Below, in pieces: positions 1 to 9,785 of a stretch of 64,000 nucleotides of DNA. Origin of the DNA: an uncultured Eubacteriales bacterium (lineage in GTDB: Bacteria > Bacillota > Clostridia > Christensenellales > QALW01); NCBI GenBank assembly GCA_900547955.1, contig URIR01000004.1:12680-76679 (forward strand). Reading direction: 5' to 3'. A program made the position numbers and the translations under genes. The notes below the pieces were generated by a model. The model made no database searches and was not told where the DNA came from. It saw nothing but the letters and a program-made list of their open reading frames with translations. Positions within the stretch are counted from its first letter, which is position 1; each line of letters starts with the position of its first letter.

Positions 1-1297
1 TTAAAATTCCATCTATCCCCAAAAATCCAGGTAATATAAGTATTAACGGCATAAAGCATACAATATCCCGCACTAAAGACGAAATAACAGCCTGAACCGG
101 TCTGCCTACCGCCTGAAAGAAAATAGAATTCATTTTAACCACGCAGGTAAATGATACGAGCGCTAAAAAGATGCGAAATGTTTTTTCAGCAAAAACCCAA
201 TAATCTTCGGGGTTGGGTATATTAGTAGGCTGACCGAAAAGTCTCGCTACTGCGTTTGGCGCCAATTCAAACAGCAGGGTAAAGGCAAAACCGATTACTA
301 ACGTGCATATAAGGATTAATTTATATATTTTCCGCACCCTGCTATAATTCTTCGCACCCATATTATACCCAATAATAGGCTGGCAGCCAAGTACGATACC
401 TACTACTAAATTAATTACAACAGTAAAAACCTTGCTTTCAATTCCTATAATAGCAATGGGTATGTCTGCTCCATAGCGCGAAATAGCTCCATATTTCGCC
501 AGCATAACATTGCATACCAATGAAATTGCAACAATGGTCATTTGAGTAATAAAAGATGAAAGTCCAAGCTTCAGCGCGTAAAAAAACGCCTTAAAATCAG
601 GAATAAAGCTTTTAATAGTCAGCTTAAAGGTTTTAGTATGAAAAAAGTATATCAAGCTTACGGCAAAGGATATAAACTGCCCGATAACGGTAGCAAGGGC
701 GGCTCCCTTCATTCCCCAATGCAGCCCGAAAATGAATATTGGGTCCAAAATAATGTTGGCAATTGCGCCGGCAAGCATGGAAAGCATGGCCCAGGATGGG
801 CTGCCGTCCGCCCGTATTACAGAATTAAGCATATTGGACAACATATACGCCGGAAAAAATGCTAAAATAATATTAAAATACTCAATCGCCATGCCTAGGC
901 TGTTTTCAGACGCGCCAAATAAGGTTAAAAGCTGAGTTTTTAATGGAAAAAAGACCGCCATTAGCACCAGGCTGGAAAACAGGGTAATAATTATTCCCGT
1001 TCCAATCGCTTTGTGCGCCGAGCGGGCGTCCCTTCGGCCCTGACATATATTAAGGTACGCGGCGCAGCCGTCTCCAAAACACCAGGCAAAAGCCTGTGAC
1101 ACTACAAAAATAGGAAAAACAACGCCCGTCGCCGCATTGCCCAAAGCGCTCAATTCACTATTGCCTATAAAAATTTGGTCAACTATATTGTAAAGCGCGC
1201 TTACCAGAAGTGAAAGTATGCAGGGAACGGAAAATTTCAGCATCAGCTTCCATATTTTTTCCGTTCCTAAGGCCTGACCATTTCCCAGTTGATTCAT
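1..1297 (-). CDS. MATE family efflux transporter (C-terminus runs off window edge)
   Basis: The minus-strand frame is open from ATG 1297-1295 (AGGAGG upstream) to the window edge. My translation starts MNQLGNGQALGTEKIWKLMLKFSVPCILSLLVSALYNIVDQIFIG and is polytopic and MatE-like. It is missing from the ORF track because it has no in-window stop. Confidence 0.8.
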   Translation of the reverse strand, partial: MNQLGNGQALGTEKIWKLMLKFSVPCILSLLVSALYNIVDQIFIGNSELSALGNAATGVVFPIFVVSQAFAWCFGDGCAAYLNICQGRRDARSAHKAIGTGIIITLFSSLVLMAVFFPLKTQLLTLFGASENSLGMAIEYFNIILAFFPAYMLSNMLNSVIRADGSPSWAMLSMLAGAIANIILDPIFIFGLHWGMKGAALATVIGQFISFAVSLIYFFHTKTFKLTIKSFIPDFKAFFYALKLGLSSFITQMTIVAISLVCNVMLAKYGAISRYGADIPIAIIGIESKVFTVVINLVVGIVLGCQPIIGYNMGAKNYSRVRKIYKLILICTLVIGFAFTLLFELAPNAVARLFGQPTNIPNPEDYWVFAEKTFRIFLALVSFTCVVKMNSIFFQAVGRPVQAVISSLVRDIVCFMPLILILPGFLGIDGIL

Positions 1298-1357
1298 ATA
1301 CCCCTCCTGAAAATTGCATTTGGAGTCTTTATCAGAGAAAAAGCTGCCTGAAAACTG

Positions 1358-1403
1358 CAACAAACAAAAAAGAGCGCAGAACCGTCGTAATTCTACGCTC
1401 TTT
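1358..1403 (-). terminator. Rho-independent terminator downstream of sigE
   Basis: The 8-bp stem AAAGAGCG (1369-1376) / CGCTCTTT (1396-1403) is followed on the minus strand by TTTTTTGTTTG. Confidence 0.6.
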
Positions 1404-1484
1404 AAGCTATTCGACACTAATAATATATCATAAAACCTAGTCGGAGTCAAGTTAAAATCCAACCGGCTTAAAAACCATATTCCC

Positions 1485-1615
1485 TTAGTCTGTACAATCA
1501 AAGCACAATGCGTTTTTGCTTTCATTGCCCGCCGTATCCGCTTTGCTGTGTGATCTAAAAATACGCACAATCCCTGCCTGCGCACCGAGCACCGTCAAAG
1601 GGCTTATATTAAGCA
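1485..1615 (-). repeat. Intergenic repeat family, copy G (inverted relative to copies A-D)
   Basis: The plus strand of 1493-1562 aligns to the reverse complement of 21860-21930. They share exact runs gcgtttttgct and tccgctttg, and roughly three quarters of positions are identical by hand alignment. Confidence 0.55.
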
Positions 1616-1644
1616 TAGACAAACAGCTTAAACCATTTCTTAAT

Positions 1645-2370
1645 TTATACCAGCCGTCCGATTTCCTTGCGCAGTCGTTTAATTATCCTTTTCTCTAAGC
1701 GGGAAATATATGATTGAGAAATACCCAGCCTGTCGGCAACTTCCTTTTGCGTCTGTTCCGCATTTCCCTCCAGCCCAAAGCGCAGCTGCATTATTTCCCT
1801 TTCCCGCGCGCTTAATTTTGATAAGGCCCCTCTAAGAAGCTCTTTTTCTGTTTCAGCCTCTATGTCCTTATTAACTATATCCGGCTCGGTGCCCAAAATG
1901 TCTGAAAGGAGCAATTCATTGCCGTCCCAGTCCACGTTCAGCGGTTCGTCTATAGAAACCTCCATCTTATGCTTGCTTGTGCGCCTTAGAAACATTAAGA
2001 TTTCATTTTCTATGCAGCGGGACGCATATGTGGCAAGCTTTATTTTTTTGGCGGCGTCAAAAGTGTTAACAGCCTTTATAAGGCCTATAGCGCCTATCGA
2101 AATAAGGTCCTCCACCGTCACGCCCGTATTTTCAAATTTCTTAGCTATATATACCACTAATCGGAGATTATGTTCTATAAGCTTTGAGCGCGCTCCGGCC
2201 TCCCCTCTGCCCAGAGCCTGTATGCAATTAGACTCCTCCTCTGCACTCAGCGGAGGAGGAAGGGATTCGCTGCCGCCTATGTAAAAAATATCCCCTCTTC
2301 TTCTGCTGGCCAAAAGCAATTTCAGCTTATTAAAAGCACCTAAAATAAATCCAAAGAAATTTCCTTTCAC
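1645..2370 (-). CDS. sigE: Sporulation sigma factor sigma-E (pro-sigma-E)
   Basis: Carries the hallmark [18 protein letters not shown] motif and sigma-70 regions 2 and 4. Its GTG start overlaps the spoIIGA stop (GTGA). Confidence 0.92.
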   Translation of the reverse strand: MKGNFFGFILGAFNKLKLLLASRRRGDIFYIGGSESLPPPLSAEEESNCIQALGRGEAGARSKLIEHNLRLVVYIAKKFENTGVTVEDLISIGAIGLIKAVNTFDAAKKIKLATYASRCIENEILMFLRRTSKHKMEVSIDEPLNVDWDGNELLLSDILGTEPDIVNKDIEAETEKELLRGALSKLSAREREIMQLRFGLEGNAEQTQKEVADRLGISQSYISRLEKRIIKRLRKEIGRLV

Positions 2371-3224
2371 GCTGCCGCCTCCTTTAACATATCCGGATTG
2401 ATTATCGCTTCATACTCTCCGCAAAAGCTGGGATTATCTGAAATTGCCAATATGCAGCGGGAAGTATATGCTTTGCCATTCTTTATTATTTGAGCCTCCT
2501 GCGGCCTAAAGCCATAAAGTATTCCGCCGTCCCCTACGCTTTTATACCCTATAACATATATTCCAATGGGTGTCTGAGATATCTCGCCGTTCAAAAGCTT
2601 GTTTATCTCGTCATTTAGCAGCGGCTCAACCGCTTTCCGGCTTGCAATAGCTACTGGTAATCCGGAAATGGCGTCCTTAAGACAATTTCCGCTGTCTATA
2701 AACGAATGCAGACTCGCGGTCCTGCCATCAAGCGTCACTATAAATTGCGCCTCTCCGCTTATTATCCTTCTTCGCTTCTTTATAAAGCAAATGAGGCCAA
2801 TAGCGCTTAGAAAGGCCGCGGAGATTCCCAGCACTATACCGCTTGAAACCCCGCCTGCAGTAAAAAAACCGCCAGGTACAGCCAGCATATCCGCATTAAA
2901 GAGATAGGTCAAGCCCATTGCAGCGCCTCCGGCAAGCAAGGTGCCGCCAATAAATATAAGCGCCGGCGTCCAAAATCCGCGCTGAGCCTTTGAAGCAAAC
3001 GCGATTACCGCCATCACGCAAGGTAAAACAAGCTTAAAAGGCAGGAAATCCAGAATGCCGGCAATAGGCATCAGGCAGGCATAGATTGCCCCCAGCGCTG
3101 CGGCGGCCAGCAGCCTTAAATAGCTTTGACGCCGTCCTGCCAGTATCCGGGCGCAAAGCAGCAGAGAAAAATCCATGACAAAATTATCCAGCAGCACCTG
3201 TTCGATGTAAACATGAATCTGCAT
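2367..3224 (-). CDS. spoIIGA: Sigma-E processing peptidase SpoIIGA
   Basis: Polytopic N-terminal half plus a C-terminal aspartic-protease-like half (FIDSGN), immediately upstream of sigE. Start trimmed to [14 protein letters not shown]. Confidence 0.85.
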   Translation of the reverse strand: MQIHVYIEQVLLDNFVMDFSLLLCARILAGRRQSYLRLLAAAALGAIYACLMPIAGILDFLPFKLVLPCVMAVIAFASKAQRGFWTPALIFIGGTLLAGGAAMGLTYLFNADMLAVPGGFFTAGGVSSGIVLGISAAFLSAIGLICFIKKRRRIISGEAQFIVTLDGRTASLHSFIDSGNCLKDAISGLPVAIASRKAVEPLLNDEINKLLNGEISQTPIGIYVIGYKSVGDGGILYGFRPQEAQIIKNGKAYTSRCILAISDNPSFCGEYEAIINPDMLKEAAA

Positions 3225-3344
3225 AACCCTTTCACCGCCTCGGTTTAAATTATATCCTGTCCCAGCCGCAGAATATTGTTGTGCCATATACCTGTTAAGC
3301 AGAACAAAAAATATAATATTGACGATATATGAAAGGTATAATTA

Positions 3345-3375
3345 AAGGCGCGCGCTATATATAAGCGCGCGCCTT
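3345..3375 (-). terminator. GC-rich hairpin downstream of dxs
   Basis: A 12-bp perfect stem AAGGCGCGCGCT / AGCGCGCGCCTT has a 7-nt AT loop. The trailing U-run is weak. Confidence 0.5.
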
Positions 3376-3419
3376 CTTTGCTGCAATTAGAATTATAAAA
3401 TTAAAAATCCAAATTCCAG

Positions 3420-5258
3420 TTATTTAGCAATATTATTTAAAATATCCGCGGCCCTTAAAGCAATATCCTGAGCAGTTATATGGAACAGCCTTTGCTGCTG
3501 GCCTACCGTGGCATGCGGAACGACGCTGTCAGATAAATTCATCCCATAAACCGCTGTTTTTCCGCCCAATCCCTCCATATATCCGCTTACCCCCTCAAAC
3601 AGGCCGCCTGCGCATACATTATCCTCAATCACCAGCAAACAACTTTTTGCACTAAGTTCGGATAAAAGCCCGGCGTCTATAGGCTTTAAAAAGCATGCGT
3701 CAATCACGTCGGCGCGTATTCCCTGAGAAATTAGAATTTCATATGCCTTAACCGCCTGATGCAGCATGGCCCCAAAGGCAATAAGCGTAATTTCAGCGTC
3801 TGATTTATAAATATACTGCCATCTATACGGCTCAAGCGGCTGATTGACAGATATTTTAATATTGCAGCCCTTAGGGTAGCGAATCAATGAAGGAGAGCTG
3901 CTTTTAAGCGCCAGCTCCATCATATATTTTAATGTAGGAATATCTCTGGGCGCCATTATGGATAAATTAGGCATACCCCTTAAAAAGCCAAGGTCATATA
4001 TTCCTTGATGCGCTTCGCCGTCCTCTCCCGTAAGCCCAGCGCGATCCTCCAAAATAACTACCGGCAGCCCCTGCAGACATATATCGTGAAAAACCTGATC
4101 CAAACCTCTTTGCAAAAAAGTTGAATATATCGCCACAAACGGGCGCATCCCCCCTTTAGCAAGCCCCGCCGCAAGCGCCAGAGCATGCTGCTCGCATATA
4201 CCTACATCAAAAAAGCGAGAGGGATACAGCGCCGCAAAATGCCGCAGGCCGGTTCCCAAAGGCATACCGGCAGTAATAGCGCATACACCGTCATTTTCGC
4301 GGGCAGCGCGTATAAGCTCCTCTCCCATGGCAATAGAAAAGCTTTCCGCTCCTTCTATGCTCCCTTCGCTGGAGGAAACGCCGTGATATTTCTCAGGATT
4401 CTCCTCCGCCGGCGGATATCCCTTTCCCTTTTTAGTGGCAACATGGACTAAGACCGGTCCATCCTCCTGCTTTGTACGCTCCAAAATTTTTATCAATGCG
4501 GGTATGTCGTGACCGTTTATAGGACCTAAATATTTTATACCCAGGCGTTCAAAGAGGGTATCCCCCATAATCATATATCTAATTGAATTTTTTATTCGTT
4601 CCAGCAGCTTATAAAGCGGCTTGCCTACAAGAGGAATTTTATTCAGAACTCTGGTCAGTCCCCTTTTAAAATCCGCATATGGACGAGTAGTGCGCAGCAT
4701 GGTAAGATGCTCTGAAAGCGCTCCAACATTCTGCGCTATAGACATATCGTTCTGATTCAGAATTATTATAAGCCGACATTTTTTATAGCCTAAATCATTT
4801 ATAGCCTCTAAGGCCATGCCGCCGCCCAGCGCTCCGTCTCCGATAACCGCGATTACATTAAATTTTTCTCCCTTAAGGTCGCGCGCTCTGGCCAGACCAA
4901 GCGCCGTAGAAATGCTTGCTGAGCTATGACCGGTGGTAAAAATATCGTGAATACTTTCATCCTTATTGGAAAATCCGCTTAAGCCGTTTTGTATGCGTAT
5001 GCTCTTAAATTCCCGGGCGCGGCCCGTAAGCAATTTATGTATATAAGTTTGATGCCCTACGTCAAAAACTATTTTATCCTCAGGACTGTCAAAAACATAA
5101 TGCAAGGCTAAGGTAAGCTCTACAACGCCTAAATTTGACGCAAGATGCCCGCCGTTTTTAAGTATAACCTCTATAAGCTCGCCGCGTATCCGGGCGCTCA
5201 GCTCATATAGTTCAGAGGGCGCCATGCTCTTAAGCTTTTTAAGATCTATATCAATCAT
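3420..5258 (-). CDS. dxs: 1-deoxy-D-xylulose-5-phosphate synthase
   Basis: Full-length transketolase-like protein with the GDG(X)nN thiamine-diphosphate motif (VIGDGALGGGMALEAIND). Start trimmed to MIDIDLKKLKSM. The ATG overlaps the stop of the upstream membrane-protein gene. Confidence 0.95.
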   Translation of the reverse strand: MIDIDLKKLKSMAPSELYELSARIRGELIEVILKNGGHLASNLGVVELTLALHYVFDSPEDKIVFDVGHQTYIHKLLTGRAREFKSIRIQNGLSGFSNKDESIHDIFTTGHSSASISTALGLARARDLKGEKFNVIAVIGDGALGGGMALEAINDLGYKKCRLIIILNQNDMSIAQNVGALSEHLTMLRTTRPYADFKRGLTRVLNKIPLVGKPLYKLLERIKNSIRYMIMGDTLFERLGIKYLGPINGHDIPALIKILERTKQEDGPVLVHVATKKGKGYPPAEENPEKYHGVSSSEGSIEGAESFSIAMGEELIRAARENDGVCAITAGMPLGTGLRHFAALYPSRFFDVGICEQHALALAAGLAKGGMRPFVAIYSTFLQRGLDQVFHDICLQGLPVVILEDRAGLTGEDGEAHQGIYDLGFLRGMPNLSIMAPRDIPTLKYMMELALKSSSPSLIRYPKGCNIKISVNQPLEPYRWQYIYKSDAEITLIAFGAMLHQAVKAYEILISQGIRADVIDACFLKPIDAGLLSELSAKSCLLVIEDNVCAGGLFEGVSGYMEGLGGKTAVYGMNLSDSVVPHATVGQQQRLFHITAQDIALRAADILNNIAK

Positions 5259-5835
5259 TGGCCCTATCCCTCTTTTTAAATAGCGACAGAAAAACCCCCA
5301 CAAGTAAAAGTATATCCTTGCTTCTCTTAAGAGCGATAGTTTTCCCAAAGGCCTTGCCCCCTATTGTGAGACACGCTACTATCGCGCTGAAAAAAATAGT
5401 AAATATCATTTCCATTAAAGAGCTGGAAATATTTTTTGCAATTACAACGTTATAAATAATTGCAGAGGTCGCCGCTCCCGAAACTATGCCGCATATATCC
5501 CCGACTATATCATTGCATATGCTGCATACTTTATCGGTATTTTTTATCAGTCCCAGCACTTCTTTAGCGCCTCTCACCTTTCTGCTTGACATAGCGACAA
5601 AGGGCGCCTGTTCCGCCGAGGCCATAGCAGTACCAATCATATCAAAAATAATGCTAATAATTACCAGCAGCAGTACTATAAACGCCGAAATATAAACCGA
5701 AGCCGAGCGTACAATCAATTCGGAAAATAACGAAAAAGCTATTGTCATAAAAAATGAAATGAAGGTCGCCTTAACCGCCCAGTTTATGCCCGGCTTGGAT
5801 TTAGGGGATTTTTTATTGTCTAAGGTATTTTTCAA
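5251..5835 (-). CDS. oapA: Small polytopic membrane protein, candidate OLE-associated protein A
   Basis: 194 aa with about four hydrophobic helices. It lies between the large ncRNA and dxs, and its stop overlaps the dxs start (ATGATTGA). The assignment rests on position, size and topology only. Confidence 0.55.
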   Translation of the reverse strand: MKNTLDNKKSPKSKPGINWAVKATFISFFMTIAFSLFSELIVRSASVYISAFIVLLLVIISIIFDMIGTAMASAEQAPFVAMSSRKVRGAKEVLGLIKNTDKVCSICNDIVGDICGIVSGAATSAIIYNVVIAKNISSSLMEMIFTIFFSAIVACLTIGGKAFGKTIALKRSKDILLLVGVFLSLFKKRDRAND

Positions 5836-5949
5836 AACAACATCTCCAATATTAAATCATGCAAAAAACGCAGGGCTGACTCAAAAAAATTTATTAATAC
5901 TTAAAGCCTATAAAATATTAAACGGCCCAGCCGTAATGCGTTAAAAAGC

Positions 5950-6560
5950 ATGAAAATAATAAAAAGGTGGTAGCAAATCGGGTAAACCTTGCGGCTTAGG
6001 TCGAGCCAGATTTCCTTGCGTCCTGCCCCCCGTCGCCGAAGGGGCGGTTTCCCATTAAAGGACGTATTGCGCCGTTGCCCGAACGCAACGCTCGATAGCC
6101 ACTTAGACCACACTATAATCCCCGAAATGCCGTAAACAGTCTAGGAGATTTCCTCGGCAGCACGCCCAGCCTCTAGCCTCTTTTGCAGACAAGATTTCAA
6201 AAGGCCGTCATTACGTTAAAGCATGGCCATGCTTAAAACGAATGTTCCTTTATCCCTCAAAATCCACTCAAGGCAGGCTACGCTGTACACAGCAGCCAAT
6301 AACGGCACCGCATAGCAGGTTCATCCATATCCAGTAGCTTAAAAGCCACCGCAATATGTCTCCGCGGAGACTGGGTCAACGCCCGCATGCCATTGCGGAT
6401 CGCCCAACCTCCTTAACTCCCAGCACAAACCCCGGACTGGGCGTCCGAAGCCTGCACAAGAAACTTCATCGATATGCCCTTTGACGATTTTTTAATCCCG
6501 TCTTCAAGGCAGGACAAGCTGACTAGAATACTGCACCACCTTAATAACTAAAACTACATA
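5950..6560 (-). ncRNA. Large structured non-coding RNA, probable OLE-class RNA
   Basis: No credible ORF. The G+C-rich core is bounded by AT-rich DNA. An 8-bp closing helix pairs 5964-5971 with 6535-6542. Local hairpins lie at 6358-6371, 6214-6240, 6176-6205 and 6073-6090. A promoter sits upstream, and the oapA-like gene and dxs follow downstream. Confidence 0.6.
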
Positions 6561-6650
6561 TATAATCCCTTGCCTTTATTCAATCATACAACGCCGGCAT
6601 TTATTTTATCAGACTCAAATGACAGAAATAAAGCAAAATCTTATATTTGT

Positions 6651-6678
6651 ATTATATCATAAATTAATTAAAATGCAA
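6651..6678 (-). promoter_or_regulatory. Sigma-A type promoter upstream of the large ncRNA
   Basis: Minus strand reads TTGCAT (6678-6673), a 16-nt spacer, then the extended -10 TGATATAAT (-10 hexamer at 6656-6651). Confidence 0.5.
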
Positions 6679-6698
6679 ATTTAAAATAATTCATCCTA

Positions 6699-7292
6699 TT
6701 AATCCTGTCCGCAAACCGTTAACTCCCCCATCCGCTCAAGTAATTTTTCCCGTCCCTCACCGTTGACGGCAGAAACCGGATAAATGTCCGAGGAAATTAT
6801 ACCCGTTTCACGCGAAAGCTCTATTATCCGCTTTGCCTGCTGCGCTCTCGAGAGCTTATCCGCTTTAGTTGCAATGATACTAAATGGTTTCTGATAATAA
6901 TACAGCCAATCAAGCATCAATTTATCGTCCTGAGTAGGCGCATGCCTAATATCCAGCAGCAGAAACACATGCCTAAGCTGCTGGCTGCTATTAAGATAAA
7001 ACTCTATAAGCTCGCTGAAGCGCCTTTTTTCATTTTCTCCAATCTTTGCAAAGCCGTAGCCCGGCAAATCCATAAGACAAAACTTCTGATTTATAATAAA
7101 CGCATTAATAATCCTAGTCTTGCCTGGAGTTTTCCCTATCTTAGCAAGCTTAGAATTGCGGGTAAGCATATTTATCAGGCTGGATTTGCCGACATTGGAA
7201 CGTCCTGCAACCGCTATTTCAGGCAGGCCGCTAGGCTTATACTGAGCAGGCAGAGCAAATCCATAAGCATATTCAGCTCTTTTTATCTCCAT
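6699..7292 (-). CDS. engB: Ribosome biogenesis GTPase EngB/YsxC
   Basis: G1 motif GRSNVGKSSLIN and DLPGYG. It follows lon, as in Bacillus. Start trimmed to [11 protein letters not shown]. Confidence 0.9.
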   Translation of the reverse strand: MEIKRAEYAYGFALPAQYKPSGLPEIAVAGRSNVGKSSLINMLTRNSKLAKIGKTPGKTRIINAFIINQKFCLMDLPGYGFAKIGENEKRRFSELIEFYLNSSQQLRHVFLLLDIRHAPTQDDKLMLDWLYYYQKPFSIIATKADKLSRAQQAKRIIELSRETGIISSDIYPVSAVNGEGREKLLERMGELTVCGQD

Positions 7293-9636
7293 TATTGGCC
7301 GCCTTTCCGCTGCTCCGCTCCTTTTTAACGGGCATTTTAACAAGCGCATTTTTCAGCACCTGATTAATTTCGCTGACAGGAATAAATTCTATTTCTGAAC
7401 AAATCTCCTGCGGGATATCCGATATGTCTTCAACATTATCAGAAGGTATTATTATGCGCCTAATTTCCGCGCGGTAAGCTGCCAGCGCTTTTTCCTTCAG
7501 CCCGCCTATAGGCAGAACCTTTCCGCTGAGAGTTATTTCCCCAGTCATGGCCGTATCTGAACGCACAGGTATTCCGGATAAAACAGATACCATTGCAGAA
7601 AACATGCTTATGCCAGCCGAGGGTCCGTCCTTGGGCATAGCCCCTTCGGGAATATGAATGTGAATGTCCTTTTTCTTATGAAAATCCGGGCTTATTCCCC
7701 AATGCTCAGCATTTGCCCGTATTAATCCCATTCCCGTCATGGCCGATTCCTTCATGACCTCTCCTAAGTGTCCCGTAAGCACCAATTCGCCGCTGCCAGG
7801 CATGGCCGCCGCTTCAATATTAAGAGTCTCGCCTCCAACGCTGGTCCAGGCTAAACCGGTAACAATGCCTACTGAATCCTTCTTATTAGTTCCGCCCCTG
7901 TGTATCTTTTTATCGGTTAAATAATTTTCTAAATTCTCTTTGGTAACTGAAATAGTCTCCGCCTTATTCTTAACCACTTCTATAGCGGCTTTTCGACATA
8001 TTGCGCCTAACCGGCGTTCTAAATTTCTAACTCCAGCTTCCCGCGTGTAATCATCAATTATTTCCAAAATCGCCTCGTCGCTTACAGACAAACAGTCTTC
8101 CTTAAGACCGTGTTCCCTAATTTGCCTGGGCAAAAGATGCCTTTTCGCAATTTGAAGCTTCTCCTGGTCAGTATAGCCCGAAAGCTGTATAAGCTCCATA
8201 CGGTCCAAAAGCGGCCTGGGAATAGTATCGGAGGTATTCGCCGTAGTTATAAACATAACCTTGCTTAAATCATAGGGTACCTCAAGATAATGGTCGCTGA
8301 AAGCATTATTTTGCTCCGAATCCAGTACCTCCAGCATGGCCGAAGCCGGATCCCCCCTGAAATCGCTGGACATCTTATCAATTTCATCCAAAAGAAAAAG
8401 CGGATTGATAGTGCCCGCCTGGCGCATATGATAAATTATTTTACCAGGCAGAGCGCCCACATAGGTGCGTCTATGCCCGCGAATTTCAGCCTCGTCACGC
8501 ACTCCGCCCAGAGACATCCTTATAAAGCTCCGTCCCAGCGCCTTAGCTATGGACCGGGCAATAGAGGTTTTTCCTACGCCGGGAGGGCCTACAAGGCATA
8601 ATATTGGGCCATGCATACTGTTGGTAAGCGCATGCACCGCCAGAAATTCCAATATTCTCTCCTTCACCCTCTCCAGCCCGTAATGGTCGGCTTCTAAAAT
8701 TTTTGAAGCATAATCAAGATCCTGATTGTCTGTAGATTGATTCTGCCACGGCAATTCCAGCATCCATTCCAGATATGTGCGTATTAACGCTCCCTCAGGC
8801 ATGCCTGTCGGCATTCGCTTCATGCGTTCCAATTCCTTAAGGCATTTTTTCCTGGCGTTTTCGCTCATATCGCTCTGTTCAATACGCTGTAATAATTCCT
8901 CAGCCTCCTCAGTATCTCCCTCGCCCAGCTCCTTTTGTATGGCTTTAACCTGTTCCCGCAAATAATATTCCTTCTGAGACTGATCAATCTGGCGCTTAAC
9001 CCTTACCGAAATTTTCTTTTCCATTTCCATTATTTGGATTTCAGAAAGCAGAAATTCATACAGCCATTCCAAACGCTTGACTGGGTCAAAAATATCCAGT
9101 ATTTCTTGCCGCTGCTCTTCATTTTCCAAAATACTGGCAGTCATAAGGTCGGCAAAATAAGAAGGGTCGTTCACAGCTTTCAGCGACTGCAGTATATCAG
9201 GAGAAACCTTGCCCGATTCCTGAGCATATTCCTCAAAGACATTGGTTATAAGCCTCATAAGCGCAGAAGCCTGAACATGATCGTATACAAACTCATCAGG
9301 CGCTTCTTTAATAACTGCTTCAAACATATGCTCGTCTGTCGTAATAGCCTTTATTTCCGCTCTGTATAATCCCTCTGCCAGGATTCTTACCGTATCCCCA
9401 GGAATCCTTAAAACCTGTTTTATACGGCACACACATCCCACTTTAGCCAAATCATCCAGCATCGGATCCTCTATAGCCGCCTCTTTCTGACTTATCAAAA
9501 ATATCTGCTGGCTGGAAAGCATTGATTGCTCTATGGCGGCTTTGGATTTTGCCCGAGCTACGTCCACATGCATAGACATACTGGGAAATATGGCCATTCC
9601 TCTCATGGGAATCATAGGTAGTGTCAGCTCGCTCAT
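7273..9636 (-). CDS. lon: ATP-dependent Lon protease (LonA)
   Basis: LON N-domain, AAA+ Walker [10 protein letters not shown], and protease domain with PKDGPSAGI. Start trimmed to [13 protein letters not shown], which has a GGAG RBS. Confidence 0.96.
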   Translation of the reverse strand: MSELTLPMIPMRGMAIFPSMSMHVDVARAKSKAAIEQSMLSSQQIFLISQKEAAIEDPMLDDLAKVGCVCRIKQVLRIPGDTVRILAEGLYRAEIKAITTDEHMFEAVIKEAPDEFVYDHVQASALMRLITNVFEEYAQESGKVSPDILQSLKAVNDPSYFADLMTASILENEEQRQEILDIFDPVKRLEWLYEFLLSEIQIMEMEKKISVRVKRQIDQSQKEYYLREQVKAIQKELGEGDTEEAEELLQRIEQSDMSENARKKCLKELERMKRMPTGMPEGALIRTYLEWMLELPWQNQSTDNQDLDYASKILEADHYGLERVKERILEFLAVHALTNSMHGPILCLVGPPGVGKTSIARSIAKALGRSFIRMSLGGVRDEAEIRGHRRTYVGALPGKIIYHMRQAGTINPLFLLDEIDKMSSDFRGDPASAMLEVLDSEQNNAFSDHYLEVPYDLSKVMFITTANTSDTIPRPLLDRMELIQLSGYTDQEKLQIAKRHLLPRQIREHGLKEDCLSVSDEAILEIIDDYTREAGVRNLERRLGAICRKAAIEVVKNKAETISVTKENLENYLTDKKIHRGGTNKKDSVGIVTGLAWTSVGGETLNIEAAAMPGSGELVLTGHLGEVMKESAMTGMGLIRANAEHWGISPDFHKKKDIHIHIPEGAMPKDGPSAGISMFSAMVSVLSGIPVRSDTAMTGEITLSGKVLPIGGLKEKALAAYRAEIRRIIIPSDNVEDISDIPQEICSEIEFIPVSEINQVLKNALVKMPVKKERSSGKAANNGDKKS

Positions 9637-9723
9637 ATATTCTCCATTTCCTCCGACTGCCTTGCAAGCCGCCGGTATAGTAATAATCAAAAAAATTCGG
9701 CTTCATATATAAGCCGCTAATAT

Positions 9724-9752
9724 ATTATATATTGTTTGCAGTTAAAAAGCAA
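9724..9752 (-). promoter_or_regulatory. Sigma-A type promoter for lon
   Basis: Minus strand reads TTGCTT (9752-9747), 17 nt, TATAAT (9729-9724). Confidence 0.45.
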
Positions 9753-9785
9753 ATATAATAAATATGAATGCGAATGATTTTTCCA

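Noticed and set aside
3619-3630. ttatcctcaatc inside dxs, matching the repeat-family motif tatcctcaat. The motif also occurs at 10006-10015 and 32250-32259.
   Set aside because: The occurrence in dxs encodes VIEDN and has no flanking similarity to the repeats. The 10-mer alone is therefore not diagnostic, so only copies with collinear extended similarity were counted. The 10006 region shows some further resemblance to copy C but overlaps the putative frameshifted gene, so it was left out.
5901-6113. 70-aa ORF (MWSKWLSSVAFGQRRNTSFNGKPPLRRRGAGRK...) inside the 5836-6698 spacer
   Set aside because: It has no RBS. Its Arg/Gly/Pro-rich composition is what a G+C-rich structured RNA gives when translated. 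It lies entirely inside the helix-bounded ncRNA core. I treat it as non-coding.
5950-6560. Alternative identities for the large RNA: RNase P RNA, tmRNA, group II intron, rRNA fragment
   Set aside because: I could not find the RNase P GAGGAAAGTCC-type core. There is no tmRNA tRNA-like end or tag ORF. There are no group II 5' GTGYG or domain V features and no intron-encoded protein. Length and gene context fit OLE better. A covariance-model scan is still needed.
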